Part shown: piece by piece, positions 48,373 to 59,143 of the stretch | Layout of the letters: each line of letters starts with the position of its first letter | Numbering within the stretch: position 1 is the stretch's first letter | Source: Candidatus Binatia bacterium | GTDB lineage: Bacteria; Desulfobacterota; Binatia; Bin18 | DNA length: 64,000 bases | Reading direction: 5' to 3' | Assembly (NCBI GenBank): GCA_963666315.2 | Contig: CAXXHG010000001.1 | Location: 14,681 to 78,680, forward strand | Translations under genes and position numbers: made by a program | The notes under the pieces: generated by a model | The model's input: the letters and a program-made list of their open reading frames with translations, nothing else | Told to the model about the DNA's origin: nothing | Databases searched by the model: none

Positions 48373-50931
48373 TTAGCCGGAAAAATAGGCCTCCAAATTC
48401 GCTGCCTCACGTTGCTGACAAGCGACCGCAACCCGGAGTTTCTCCAAGTGCTGGTCCAGCATTTTTCCACCCTGCGGAACCGGATGGGCGGCAAAGAAGT
48501 CTGTGACCTCAGCCTCAAGCTCCGGCGTCACCAGGGCGACAATGCCCTCGCACATACGGATAACAGAATTATCCGGAAACTTCTCTGTCATCTCGTCCCA
48601 GTGCGCTTGGAGAAAAGCCCAGGCCAGCTCACGACCATCCGTGTTCATAAGCAGTGAGCGCATGAGATAGGGTGCGTTTTGGGTCCGGACGTCCCCGTTA
48701 AGCGTCATGCCGAGTGTCTGTTTGAGCAGGTCGGGCTGCCGGAAGGCTGCCAGTGCAAACTGATAGCGCTGCTCTTCCTGGGGTGTCTTTGCCGCTTGCG
48801 AGATATGACGAAATTCTTCGTATACGTCTGCTCCTCCGGTATAGGCGAGAATCGAAACCAAGGCAGGGATGAGGTTGCGATCCACAGTGTTGCGATCGGC
48901 TTTGTATTGCGCATACACATTTTGCGCTTCTTTTTGTGTCGCCGGGTCGTCCCCAATCGTTCCCAAGGCTCCGAGCAGCTCTCCCCGTAACTGACTAATG
49001 AGGGTATTCTCTCCGTCTTTGGGACTCCAGCCTAACTGCTGAGTGAGAGGGGTGAGGAGGTCGCGAATTCGACGCTGCAGGGCTGGTCGCTGGGCCGGGC
49101 TCAACAATCGATACAGATAATGGCACGGACCCAGAATTGCGGTCCAGACATTATGATCCCTCTCGTCGCGAAACAAAGACAGCAAGTCGAGATAGGCGGT
49201 CAGCGGAGTGAGGCCGGCCTGGGCTGTGGCCCACATATCGTTGATGAGATTAAAGCGCTCGATCGCACAGAGCCCGGTCTGGATATTGTCTGTTAATTGA
49301 CTGAGCATGTCAGGGCTATAGCGGACGCGGTAAAATCCATGTCCGCCTGCATTTACGACGGCCCAGTCCGGGCTGCCGGATAATGACAGGCGGAGCTCAG
49401 TAGCGCTGAGAAGGGCGGTCTGGGTTTGTATTTCGCCGTTCACCTGGGCTTTGACAAAAATCGGCGCTTGCCAGTATTTCGCGTCGTCCGTGCCATTTTG
49501 GAGATAGTAAAACTGTTGCTGTGAGATAATGAGATCGGGACCATCCATCTCAACGGAAATTAAGGGATAGCCGGCCTGGAAGACCCAGGTATCCATCATG
49601 GCCCGCACCGGCTGTTGGCTGGATTCTTCTATTGCGTCCCACAGATCCGTTGTTTCCGCACTGTCGTATTCGTGCTTCTGCAGATAGCGGCGGATGCCCT
49701 TTTGAAACACTTGCGGACCAAGATATTGTTCCAACATACGCAACACGGCCGCGCCTTTCTCATAGGTCAGAATGTCGAACATGGCGGCGGCTTCTTCGGG
49801 GTGTTTCACCGGAAACTCGATGGGGCGGGAACTCTGCAGCCCGTCAACTTGTAGTGCGGCTGCGCGAGAGACGGCAAAACTCGTCCAGCGCTGCCACTCG
49901 GGTTTCCAATCATCGACGGCCATCATTTCCATAAAGGTGGCAAAGGCTTCATTCAGCCACAAGCCGTTCCACCAGCGCATGGTGACCAGATCGCCAAACC
50001 ACATGTGCGCGTTCTCATGCGAGACCACGTCGGCAACACGTTCCAATTCACTCCGGGCGGCCGCATCCTCATCGATGAGCAGCGCGGTTTCCCGAAAAGT
50101 GATCGCTCCCAGATTTTCCATTGCCCCGGCCGCAAAATCCGGAATAGCAATCAGATCCAGCTTATCGCCCGGATACGGCCGTCCGTAATACCGGCTAAAA
50201 AATTGGAGAGAGGCGGCCCCAATCGCTTGCCCGAACTTCGTCAGATGCTGCTTGCCCGGTATAGAGCATACGCGTAGCGGCTTGCCGTCCACGTAGGTCG
50301 GCTGGCTGGCCTCGAATTCTCCTACAATGAAGGCGACCAAATAGGTCGACATTTTCATTGTGCCAGCAAACACGACTTCTTTCTTCCCTGTGCCCGGTTG
50401 TGGGGTTTCGCGCACGACGGCCGCATTGGAGATAGCGGTGAGTCCTGCATCAATAACCAGGGTGATCTGGAAGACGGCTTTCAGGGCGGGCTCATCCCAA
50501 CACGGAAACGCCCGTCGCGCGTCGGTTGATTCAAACTGGGTGGAAGCCAGAATGGTATCCTGACCTTGGGCGTCCTTATAGCTGCTGCGGTAAAAGCCGC
50601 GCAGTTTGTCATTGAGAATGCCCGCAAAGGAGAGGTGGAGCTGCCAGGTTCCTGGGCTGAGGGTGTGCGGAAAATGCAGGACAGCCCGTTCAGCGGACTC
50701 GTCGAGGCTGGCACTTCCTTCGCTGCTGTTTCCCTCTGCATCCACGATCCACACCTTATGAATCGTCAATTCGCACGCATTCAACACAATGTCTTGGGCA
50801 GCCTCTCTGATTGTGATTGCGACGCTTTCTTCGCCGGCGAATGTAAAATGGGTGAGGTCCGGGGTCAGCCGAATGGCATACCGTTCGGGGCAGGTCGTTT
50901 CGGGTAGCTTATAGGATAGCGTATCTGTCAT
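48373..50931 (-). CDS. pepN: M1 family aminopeptidase with ERAP1-like C-terminal domain
   Basis: ARRAFPCWDEP, GAMEN, HENAH(18x)E, YEKG. Confidence 0.92.
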   Translation of the reverse strand: MTDTLSYKLPETTCPERYAIRLTPDLTHFTFAGEESVAITIREAAQDIVLNACELTIHKVWIVDAEGNSSEGSASLDESAERAVLHFPHTLSPGTWQLHLSFAGILNDKLRGFYRSSYKDAQGQDTILASTQFESTDARRAFPCWDEPALKAVFQITLVIDAGLTAISNAAVVRETPQPGTGKKEVVFAGTMKMSTYLVAFIVGEFEASQPTYVDGKPLRVCSIPGKQHLTKFGQAIGAASLQFFSRYYGRPYPGDKLDLIAIPDFAAGAMENLGAITFRETALLIDEDAAARSELERVADVVSHENAHMWFGDLVTMRWWNGLWLNEAFATFMEMMAVDDWKPEWQRWTSFAVSRAAALQVDGLQSSRPIEFPVKHPEEAAAMFDILTYEKGAAVLRMLEQYLGPQVFQKGIRRYLQKHEYDSAETTDLWDAIEESSQQPVRAMMDTWVFQAGYPLISVEMDGPDLIISQQQFYYLQNGTDDAKYWQAPIFVKAQVNGEIQTQTALLSATELRLSLSGSPDWAVVNAGGHGFYRVRYSPDMLSQLTDNIQTGLCAIERFNLINDMWATAQAGLTPLTAYLDLLSLFRDERDHNVWTAILGPCHYLYRLLSPAQRPALQRRIRDLLTPLTQQLGWSPKDGENTLISQLRGELLGALGTIGDDPATQKEAQNVYAQYKADRNTVDRNLIPALVSILAYTGGADVYEEFRHISQAAKTPQEEQRYQFALAAFRQPDLLKQTLGMTLNGDVRTQNAPYLMRSLLMNTDGRELAWAFLQAHWDEMTEKFPDNSVIRMCEGIVALVTPELEAEVTDFFAAHPVPQGGKMLDQHLEKLRVAVACQQREAANLEAYFSG

Positions 50932-51140
50932 AATAACTCCGTGGGGGAAAGCCGTCCGCTTTCCGCATTGCCCGTTGTCCTTGAGGATAGTGAAGATAGG
51001 GATACCAGAAGCGCTTTGTCTTTGGCAAATAGCCCCCCCTCTTCCCTGTGCGGTTTCTGAGGGCTACGGGGAGCACGGTTGTACAGTCCTGACGATCGCG
51101 ATATTGAAACAGAAGGGGCTATGCGCAGCACGAGGATGTT

Positions 51141-51464
51141 ATGAGCGACCAGCATGATCGTGACACCGATATCGACCACGGCGTTATTACTGAAACTGAA
51201 AAAACGACCAAGCAGCCGCCTCTATACAAGGTCTTGTTGCACAATGATGATTACACGACTATGGAGTTTGTGGTTTACATCCTCCAGACCGTATTCCGTC
51301 AGGATGCGACCCAGGCCACGCAGATCATGCTGCATGTCCATCGTCAGGGAACCGGGGTGGCGGGTGTATACACCTACGAAGTTGCGGAAGCGAAGGTCTC
51401 GCGCGCGGAGGGTTTAGCCCAAAAGCACGAATTTCCTTTAAAATGCAGTATGGAAGAAGCGTAA
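51141..51464 (+). CDS. clpS: ATP-dependent Clp protease adaptor
   Basis: PPLYKVLLHNDDYTTMEFVV, MLHVH. Confidence 0.97.
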   Translation: MSDQHDRDTDIDHGVITETEKTTKQPPLYKVLLHNDDYTTMEFVVYILQTVFRQDATQATQIMLHVHRQGTGVAGVYTYEVAEAKVSRAEGLAQKHEFPLKCSMEEA

Positions 51465-51485
51465 CGAGCGGCAGGGAGTCCTCCA

Positions 51486-53801
51486 ATGCGAATTAGTCGG
51501 GAACTTGAGGTGACGATTAGCCTGGCGATCAACGAGGCACGCCGCCGACGGCATGAGTTTTTGTGTCTTGAGCATGTGTTGCATGCACTGCTGTTCGATG
51601 AGACGGTGGCCGAAGTCGTGCGGCAATGCGGTGGAGATGTAAAAGCCCTTCAGGCTGATCTTGAAGAGTTTCTCAAGGAAAACTTGGAGTCGCTGCCCGA
51701 AGAAGCCGGCGATGTCGACCCGCAGCAGACTTTGGCGTTTCAGCGTGTCCTGCAACGCGCTGCTGCCCATGTCCAGTCTGCGGGCAAAGAGGTTGTTGAA
51801 ACCCGGAATTTCTTTGTGGCGTTGTTTCGCGAGGATAATAGCCACGCGGTATACTTATTGGAAAAGCAGGGTGTCTCTCGACTCGATGTACTGAACTACA
51901 TCTCGCACGGTGTCTCCAAAATTCCGCTCGACGAAGAGTCTGCGTCTGGCCCCGGGCAAGGAGAGGGGATCTCAGACGAAGAGGGTGAGCCGCGGCGTGC
52001 CAAAGATCCGCTCGAGGCGTTTACCACCAACCTGGTACAAAAGGCCAAAGATGGCAAGGTTGATCCGCTTATCGGTCGAGAACTCGAACTCGAGCGGACG
52101 ATCCATGTGCTGTGTCGGCGGCGCAAGAATAATCCGATCTATGTCGGGGATTCAGGTGTGGGCAAGACCGCGATTGCCGATGGTCTCGCGCTCAAGATCT
52201 CCAAAGGCGATGTGCCCGATGTATTAAAAGACGTCCAGATCTACTCTCTTGATATGGGCTCTGTCTTGGCGGGCACGAAGTTCCGTGGCCAGTTTGAAGA
52301 ACGCCTCAAGGCGGTTCTCAAGGCCCTTGAAAAACAGCCCGGCGCAGTGCTGTTCATCGATGAGATCCATACTATTGTTGGCGCCGGGGCCACCAGCGGC
52401 GGGTCTATGGATGCCTCGAATATTCTCAAGCCCGCGCTGGCGTCCGGGACATTGCGCTGTATTGGCGCCACAACCTACCATGAGTACCGGAGTTATTTTG
52501 AACGCGACCGAGCGTTGGCACGGCGGTTCCAAAAAATCGAGGTGCATGAGCCTAGTATCGAAGAGGCGGTTGAAATCCTGAAAGGACTCAAGCCGCATTA
52601 CGAAGAGCACCACGGCGTAGAGTATACGCCGGACGCGCTCAAGGCCGCAGCCGAACTTTCGGCTAAATATATCAACGACCGTTTTCTGCCAGATAAAGCC
52701 ATTGATGTGATTGATGAGGTGGGTGCGTCTTTCCAGATTCGTCCGGTTCCAGAGGAAGACGGAAAGAAAATTATTCGCGAAACGGACGTCGAATCCATTG
52801 TGGCCAAGATCGCCCGTATACCGCCTCGCAGTGTGTCTGCTTCGGACAAGGAACGCCTGCAGAGTCTGGATACGGATCTTAAGGGCGTCGTGTTTGGTCA
52901 GGACACGGCCATCGAAACCCTGGTCCGGGCCATCCGGCTCGCCCGGGCAGGACTCGGTCAACCCGAGAAACCGGTTGGCTCTTTCCTGTTCTCAGGGCCA
53001 ACCGGAGTGGGCAAAACCGAGGTCGCCAAACAGCTTGCGGAGACCCTGGGGCTAGAATTCCTCCGTTTCGACATGAGTGAGTACATGGAGAAGCATACCG
53101 TGTCGCGCCTGATCGGTGCGCCTCCCGGCTATGTCGGCTTTGATCAAGGTGGACTGCTGACCGAAGCAGTAACGCGTAACCCGCATTCCGTGCTGTTGCT
53201 GGATGAGATTGAGAAGGCCCATCCTGATTTGTTCAATATTCTGCTGCAGGTCATGGACCATGCGACCCTGACCGATAACAACGGTAAAAAGGCCGACTTC
53301 CGGCATGTCATTATTATTATGACCAGTAATGCCGGGACGCGGGAAATATCTGCCGCCGCCATTGGCTTTGGCGATATCTCCAATGAGGGCAAAGACCAGC
53401 AGGCGATAGAAAAGCTCTTTAGTCCGGAATTCCGCAACCGTTTGGATGCGACGGTTCATTTCCGGTCCTTGCCCATGCAGGCCATCGAGCGTGTAGTGGA
53501 GAAGTTCATCAAAGAACTCACCCAGCAACTCACCGAACGCAAGGTCACGATCTCGTTGACCCCTGCTGCCCGGCGCTATTTGGCGGAAAAGGGCTATGAT
53601 AAGACCTTTGGTGCTCGGTCTATGGCGCGCTTGATCCAGACTGAGGTCAAGCAAGTCCTGGCGGATGAAATTTTATTTGGACAGCTCGAAAAGGGCGGAG
53701 ACGTCGAGATCGACTTTGATGACGAGAAGCTGACCTTTTCGTATGAGCCTACGGCAAGTGAGGAAGAAGAGTTGACTGAACGGGCAGAGACGGTTGAGTA
53801 A
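51486..53801 (+). CDS. clpA: ATP-dependent Clp protease ATP-binding subunit
   Basis: Two AAA+ modules (GDSGVGKT, GPTGVGKT), IGF loop, no middle domain, follows clpS. Confidence 0.96.
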   Translation: MRISRELEVTISLAINEARRRRHEFLCLEHVLHALLFDETVAEVVRQCGGDVKALQADLEEFLKENLESLPEEAGDVDPQQTLAFQRVLQRAAAHVQSAGKEVVETRNFFVALFREDNSHAVYLLEKQGVSRLDVLNYISHGVSKIPLDEESASGPGQGEGISDEEGEPRRAKDPLEAFTTNLVQKAKDGKVDPLIGRELELERTIHVLCRRRKNNPIYVGDSGVGKTAIADGLALKISKGDVPDVLKDVQIYSLDMGSVLAGTKFRGQFEERLKAVLKALEKQPGAVLFIDEIHTIVGAGATSGGSMDASNILKPALASGTLRCIGATTYHEYRSYFERDRALARRFQKIEVHEPSIEEAVEILKGLKPHYEEHHGVEYTPDALKAAAELSAKYINDRFLPDKAIDVIDEVGASFQIRPVPEEDGKKIIRETDVESIVAKIARIPPRSVSASDKERLQSLDTDLKGVVFGQDTAIETLVRAIRLARAGLGQPEKPVGSFLFSGPTGVGKTEVAKQLAETLGLEFLRFDMSEYMEKHTVSRLIGAPPGYVGFDQGGLLTEAVTRNPHSVLLLDEIEKAHPDLFNILLQVMDHATLTDNNGKKADFRHVIIIMTSNAGTREISAAAIGFGDISNEGKDQQAIEKLFSPEFRNRLDATVHFRSLPMQAIERVVEKFIKELTQQLTERKVTISLTPAARRYLAEKGYDKTFGARSMARLIQTEVKQVLADEILFGQLEKGGDVEIDFDDEKLTFSYEPTASEEEELTERAETVE

Positions 53802-53900
53802 CCGGGAAGCCCCTCGAGCCTTATTCATACAGTGCCACTTCCTTGTCTCATTCAGTGATCCCACTTGATACATTTGTATAATGGAAGAAAAAGCCTCCGG

Positions 53901-54488
53901 TCAAAAAGGCTCAAACCAATACCATTTCCTTCCATCATCTTCCACTTTTTTCAATGCAACCATACTTGAGTAGATTGTCCGAATGTAATGCCTGTCGTAT
54001 AGATTCCTTGGAAGTACGTAACTAGCGATCGACGGAGGAATCACCGCCTTAATAATATTTCCTGCTATTCTTGCGAATCTTATTTTAGACAAGCATTGAT
54101 CTTCTATTTGATAGGCTGGGTACTTCGAAAAGTAAGAAACTGCTTTCGCTACCGAAGACCAATTACAATTGTCTATCACGATATAGCCGCCAACTTTAAT
54201 CAAGCGATTGGCATAAAAAAGATCCAATAGGGTGTGATCGAATGTGTGCCAACCGTCAATAAACACGCTATCGAAAGTCCCTGATTCATTTTGGGCTATT
54301 TCCGGCAGAATAAATTCAGAGGGTTTTCAATAAGCTCAAAAAAATTGAAGCCGGCGCGCTGAAGATTGGATACTCCTACACCATGCCACGATTCATGCAG
54401 GAATGGATCAATAACGATGTGCTTTGCGGAATCTCTTTCAGATAAGGCAGCGCAAATATGGAGTGAAGAAAGTCCATACGCGCATCCG
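53901..54488 (-). pseudogene. AT-rich class I SAM methyltransferase (Methyltransf_24-like) remnant; 5' end deleted, frameshift near 54325
   Basis: GCAYGLSS, IVIDPF, FIDGWHTFDHTLLDLFYA...GGYIVID. Confidence 0.7.
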
Positions 54489-54704
54489 GCGAGTGCGGAC
54501 AACACGCTCAAGCTGTGGGAGGCCGCCACCGGCGCCGAAATCCGCACGCGCGCGGGACATACTGACGACGTGAACCGCATAGCGTTCTCTCCGGACGGGA
54601 AGACGCTGGCGTCGGCGAGTGACGACAGTACGCTCGAGCTCTGGTGGGCTGTCCGACGGCCTCGCCTCTCAGAACTGGAGGAGCCTACCGACGTCGACGA
54701 ATGA
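54489..54704 (+). pseudogene. C-terminal WD40-repeat remnant
   Basis: ASADNTLKLWE...GHTDDVNRIAFSPDGKTLASASDDSTLELW; no start of its own. Confidence 0.75.
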
Positions 54705-54785
54705 CCTCTCCAGCTTGAATTTGCGATATACGGGGCGTTGCGACTTTGATGGTTTTCGCCGCCCTCCCTAAAAGAGGAGAATTGG

Positions 54786-55844
54786 ATGAACTTCGGTGTC
54801 ACCTTTCCGTCCCGTGTTGGAGATTTTGAACTGGTCGAACTGGCTGAGCGGCTCGGCTATAGCCAAGCCTGGTTTTATGACTCGCAGATGATCTGTTCAG
54901 ACGTCTATGCGACCATGGCCTTGGCCGCGTTTAAGACCTCTAAAATCCGACTTGGAACCGGAGTGGCCGTACCTACCACGCGCCTGGCTCCAACCGTTGC
55001 CCACTCGATCGCAACGATTAACCAGCTTGCTCCGGGCCGTGTGGAACTGGGAGTCGGAACGGGCAACACCGCTCGTCTGACGATGGGCCTGCGACCGATT
55101 ACGCTGACGCGCATGAAAAAGGAAGTCCGTTTGATCCAAACCTTGCTGGCTGGGGAGACCGGCAGCCTACAAGAAGAAGGCGAAGAGCATCCGGTTCGTT
55201 TTTTGCATCCGCATAGAAGCTATATCAACCTGAAAGACCACATTACGGTCAGCATCTCAGCTCTTGGACCGAAGACCTTGCAGTATTGCGGCTCGGAAGC
55301 CGACGGGCATATCACCTGGGGTATTGAGCCCGAGGGCTTACGCGCTGCACGCTCGATCATTGACGAGGCTGCCCAGAAGCGGGGCAAAACGCCGAGTGAC
55401 GTTGCCTCAAAATGCTTTTTCCCGACTGCCGTTCTCTCACCAGGCGAATCCACGACAACGCCGCGCATTATGAGCCTGGTTGCGCCGTTCATCATGAATT
55501 TCCTGCATGTCCAGGTGGAATGGGGTAGCGATCTCCTGCCGCCTGTTCCCGTAGTGGCCGAATGGGTTGAACGCTACAAACAGTATGCGTCAGCGCTGCC
55601 TGCAGAATCGCGCCACCTCACCTTGCACGAAGGACATATCATTTATGCCCGTGAAGATGAGAAAGAGTTCATCGTGCCAGAGTTAGCAGATGCGGTCGCC
55701 ATGATCGGCGAACCAGATGAGATCATTGATCGTATCCACAAGCTTGAAGACGCGGGTCTGTCCCATTTCGCTTTTCAGGTCATGGACGACGATCCGGTTC
55801 GACAAATGACCGACTTTGCGCAGAAGGTGAAGGGGAAGTATTGA
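54786..55844 (+). CDS. LLM-class (Mer-like) flavin/F420-dependent oxidoreductase
   Basis: AWFYDSQM, IRLGTGVAVP, APGRVELGVGTG, GPKTL. Confidence 0.88.
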   Translation: MNFGVTFPSRVGDFELVELAERLGYSQAWFYDSQMICSDVYATMALAAFKTSKIRLGTGVAVPTTRLAPTVAHSIATINQLAPGRVELGVGTGNTARLTMGLRPITLTRMKKEVRLIQTLLAGETGSLQEEGEEHPVRFLHPHRSYINLKDHITVSISALGPKTLQYCGSEADGHITWGIEPEGLRAARSIIDEAAQKRGKTPSDVASKCFFPTAVLSPGESTTTPRIMSLVAPFIMNFLHVQVEWGSDLLPPVPVVAEWVERYKQYASALPAESRHLTLHEGHIIYAREDEKEFIVPELADAVAMIGEPDEIIDRIHKLEDAGLSHFAFQVMDDDPVRQMTDFAQKVKGKY

Positions 55845-55864
55845 GGGAGTGTTCTTACGCGCCA

Positions 55865-56107
55865 TTACCAGGATTCTCGTCCAGCCGAAGAGCCGGTGTC
55901 TACTTCCTCATGAAGGTTCGACTTGGTTACTTTTGTGAGAAGTTGGCGCAGTGTGACTTTCTTTCTTTTTGTTGGGGTGGCGACAAGTTCCCCCTCTGTG
56001 ACGCGCAGATCCACAAAGGTTCCCTCTGAAATCTTTATTTTCTCAGCAATCGGTTTTGGAATGCGCAAAGCTAAGCCGTTGCCCCACTTTTGAACTTGAA
56101 CGTGCAT
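55865..56107 (-). CDS. mazE: AbrB/MazE family antitoxin (orphan)
   Basis: VQKWGNGLALRIPK, TLRQLL...NLHEEVDTG...GRESW. Confidence 0.88.
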   Translation of the reverse strand: MHVQVQKWGNGLALRIPKPIAEKIKISEGTFVDLRVTEGELVATPTKRKKVTLRQLLTKVTKSNLHEEVDTGSSAGRESW

Positions 56108-56235
56108 AAAAATCCTTCTCGCGCCAGTATCAACAGGGAAGATATAGTACTTGCCTCACGGGTCAACGGAATGAGTGGGCATAGAAGGATTGAGTGATTT
56201 TGTGTTTCTCTATTAGCTTGGCCATAATAAAGAAG

Positions 56236-56269
56236 CCCCTCACTCTAGCTCTTTCCCTGAGGGAGAGAG
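56236..56269. repeat. CCCCTCAC...GGGAGAG-type palindromic repeat, degenerate
   Basis: cccctcactctagctctttccctgagggagagag. Confidence 0.5.
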
Positions 56270-56287
56270 AACAATACAGGAGCATTT

Positions 56288-57139
56288 ATGGATATAGGCG
56301 TTTTTAGCTATAACACCGAATACTCTATGCTAGCTGACGAGCTGGCTGTCGCCTGCGAAGAGCGGGGGTATGAATCATTATGGCTGCCGGAGCATACTCA
56401 TATTCCAGCCAGCCGGGAGTCACCTTTTCCTGGTGGCGGGGAGTTACCCAAAGAATATGTCCACATGTCTGATCCCTTCATTGGACTGGCCGCTGCGGCT
56501 GCGGTGACGAAGAAAATCAAACTGGGCACGGGCATCTCTCTTGTAGTTGAACACGATCCTATTGTTCAGGCCAAGCAGGTGGCTTCGTTAGATCGCATCT
56601 CGAACGGTCGCTTTTTGTTCGGGATTGGGGCGGGCTGGAATAAGGAAGAGATGCTCAATCACGGCACGCCGCCAAATCGGCGTTGGAAGGTCTTGACCGA
56701 ACGGATCGAAGCCATGCAGGAACTGTGGACCCAAGACGAAGCCTCGTATCACGGCGAGTTTGTCAACTTCGATCGGGTGTGGTCTTATCCTAAGCCCATG
56801 ACAAAACCCCATCCGCCAATCCTGCTCGGTAGTATGAGTTCAAAGATCGGGCTCAAGCGTGTCGTTGAGCTGTGTGACGGCTGGATTCCGGTTGCTGCTG
56901 CGGTCGAGGATTTGCCGGGATCAATCGCCAAATTGCACGACCACGCCAAGGAAGTCGGGCGCGATCCGCAGTCTATCCCGATCACCTGTTTTTGTACCAA
57001 TGCACCAAAACCTCATATTCTGGAACGCTTTCAGAACCAGGGTGCGGTGCGTACCGTTGTTCGAATTCCAACTGAAGGACGTGATAGCGTGCTCGCCTTC
57101 TTAGATCAGTATTCAGAGATGATACAAAAATTTACTTGA
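56288..57139 (+). CDS. LLM-class F420-dependent oxidoreductase (Rv2161c-like)
   Basis: WLPEHTHIP, DPFIGL, GIGAGWNKEE, PKPMTKPHPP. Confidence 0.88.
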   Translation: MDIGVFSYNTEYSMLADELAVACEERGYESLWLPEHTHIPASRESPFPGGGELPKEYVHMSDPFIGLAAAAAVTKKIKLGTGISLVVEHDPIVQAKQVASLDRISNGRFLFGIGAGWNKEEMLNHGTPPNRRWKVLTERIEAMQELWTQDEASYHGEFVNFDRVWSYPKPMTKPHPPILLGSMSSKIGLKRVVELCDGWIPVAAAVEDLPGSIAKLHDHAKEVGRDPQSIPITCFCTNAPKPHILERFQNQGAVRTVVRIPTEGRDSVLAFLDQYSEMIQKFT

Positions 57140-57196
57140 TATTCTGTGTCATATTGTTATGAAGAGGACATCCTAGTCAAAAGAGGGAGGGCTGCT

Positions 57197-57583
57197 ATGG
57201 CTTCGTTCATGGGATTGTACGGGGGTCAGACGTACGCGCTGATGCGCATTGTCTTGGGGTTCACGTTCTTAGCCCACGGCACACAAAAGCTACTAGGGTT
57301 TCCTATACCCCCACCCGAGATGCCTGCTGCTATGCTCTATGCTGCGGGCAGTATCGAGTTGGTTGGTGGGGCGCTCATCATGATTGGGCTGATGACAAGC
57401 TGGGCCGCGTTTGTCGCTAGTGGTCTTATGGCGGCCGCTTACTGGATGGCTCACGGTATGAGTGCGGCTCTGCCGATTCAGAACCAAGGCGAACTGGCTG
57501 TGGTGTACTGTTTTGCCTTTCTGTTCATTTCTGCACATGGCGCAGGGATGTGGAGTGTGGACGCCGGGCGTAGCAGTGCGTAG
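57197..57583 (+). CDS. DoxX family membrane protein
   Basis: [32 protein letters not shown]. Confidence 0.9.
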   Translation: MASFMGLYGGQTYALMRIVLGFTFLAHGTQKLLGFPIPPPEMPAAMLYAAGSIELVGGALIMIGLMTSWAAFVASGLMAAAYWMAHGMSAALPIQNQGELAVVYCFAFLFISAHGAGMWSVDAGRSSA

Positions 57584-57645
57584 CCGGACGGTTGGTTCCT
57601 AGCGCGCTTGGGAGAGCCTGTCTGAACCAAGCGCGAGAAACACCG

Positions 57646-58548
57646 ATGTCCATGTCGGGTGGGGTTGAGGCTGGCGGGACAAAATTCGTGTGTATCGTCG
57701 GGACTGAACCTGACGATATTCAGGGTGGAGTGCGCTTTGCGACCCGGCAGCCAGACGAGACACTCGCCCAAACAACCCAGTTCTTTCAGCCGTATAAACA
57801 AAGCGGCAATCTCAGAGCCGACGGCATCGGCTCCTTCGGTCCGATTGACCCCAACCCCGACTCGCCAACATTTGGCTATATCACCAGCACGCCGAAACCA
57901 GGCTGGGCGCAGACCGACTTTGTCGGCACGTTGCAACAAGCATTAGCCGTACCCATCGGCTTTGACTCTGACGTGAACGCAGCTGCCCTGGGAGAACACC
58001 TCTGGGGTGCCGCGCAGGGCTTAGACACCTTTGTGTATCTCACCATCGGCACAGGCATCGGCGGCGGGGGCATGGTCCACGGTGCTCGGAGGCATGGCTT
58101 AATACACTCGAAAATGAGCCACATCTACGTTCCGCATGATCTGCAGGCTGATCCGTTTCCGGGGCTGTGTCCCTTTCACGGCGACTGCCTAGAGGGGCTG
58201 GCCTTCGGTCCGGCGTTGGAAGAGCGCTGGGGCAAGCCGGGCGAAGATCTGCCCGAAGATCATCCGGCCTGGGAGCTTGAAGCCCATTATCGTGCTTTGG
58301 GTCTCGCCAACATCCTTTGTGTCCTCTCGCCGCAACGTTTTATCTTGGGCGGTGGCGTGATGGAACAATCGCACCTTCTCCCTCTGATTCGGAAGAACGT
58401 TCAGCAGCTTCTCAACAACTACGTACAGCACCCTGCTGTGCTGGAACAGATCGACGACTATATCGTCCTTCCCCAATTGGGTCGGAAAGCCGGCGTACTC
58501 GGCGCGCTTGCTCTCGCGCAGGTAACCGACTCTACCCGAGCGAAATGA
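57646..58548 (+). CDS. ROK family fructokinase
   Basis: [34 protein letters not shown]; HSKMSH replaces the usual HPEMGH. Confidence 0.85.
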   Translation: MSMSGGVEAGGTKFVCIVGTEPDDIQGGVRFATRQPDETLAQTTQFFQPYKQSGNLRADGIGSFGPIDPNPDSPTFGYITSTPKPGWAQTDFVGTLQQALAVPIGFDSDVNAAALGEHLWGAAQGLDTFVYLTIGTGIGGGGMVHGARRHGLIHSKMSHIYVPHDLQADPFPGLCPFHGDCLEGLAFGPALEERWGKPGEDLPEDHPAWELEAHYRALGLANILCVLSPQRFILGGGVMEQSHLLPLIRKNVQQLLNNYVQHPAVLEQIDDYIVLPQLGRKAGVLGALALAQVTDSTRAK

Positions 58549-58610
58549 TTCCTGGTATATTTGCCGGCCTCAGAGCTCTCCTGTTTTGGTGAAGATTGGA
58601 GAAGGTCTCT

Positions 58611-59138
58611 ATGGCAGAGTATGCATATCCGTCGCACGTGAAAGTAGGCGAGAACCGTTTCCGCGAACGATACGGGCTCGACTTTGAGGAGTTTCAGGTC
58701 GGGCAGGTGTTTAAGCATCGTCCCGGTTTGACCATTACCCAGCAAGACAATATCGAAGACGCATTCGACACCCTTAACCAAGCCATGATCCATTTTGATG
58801 CGAACTATGCATCCAAGACAGAATGGAAAAAGCCTTTAGTGGTAAGCACGCTGACCCTGCAGCGACTCATCGGCCTGACGTGGAAAACGTTTTTTAAAAA
58901 GACACGTATCCTGGGCTGGTCTGCCCTCAATATGACAGCTCCCGTCTTTGGTGGAGATACCCTCTACGCCGAGACTGAGATTAAGGCCAAGCAGGAGATT
59001 GAGGACGATTCCTCTTGCGGCAAGCTGACGGTCGAGACCCGAGGCACGAATCAGGACGGCAAGACCGTATGTACGATGGAATACGACATGCTGGTGTATA
59101 AACGCGACCATGTCCCGTTTGAGCAGGCCAATTATTAG
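58611..59138 (+). CDS. MaoC family dehydratase (catalytic-type subunit)
   Basis: FEEFQVGQVFKHRPG, DN...NQAMIHFD, PVFGGDTLYAET. Confidence 0.85.
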   Translation: MAEYAYPSHVKVGENRFRERYGLDFEEFQVGQVFKHRPGLTITQQDNIEDAFDTLNQAMIHFDANYASKTEWKKPLVVSTLTLQRLIGLTWKTFFKKTRILGWSALNMTAPVFGGDTLYAETEIKAKQEIEDDSSCGKLTVETRGTNQDGKTVCTMEYDMLVYKRDHVPFEQANY

Positions 59139-59143
59139 CGGCC

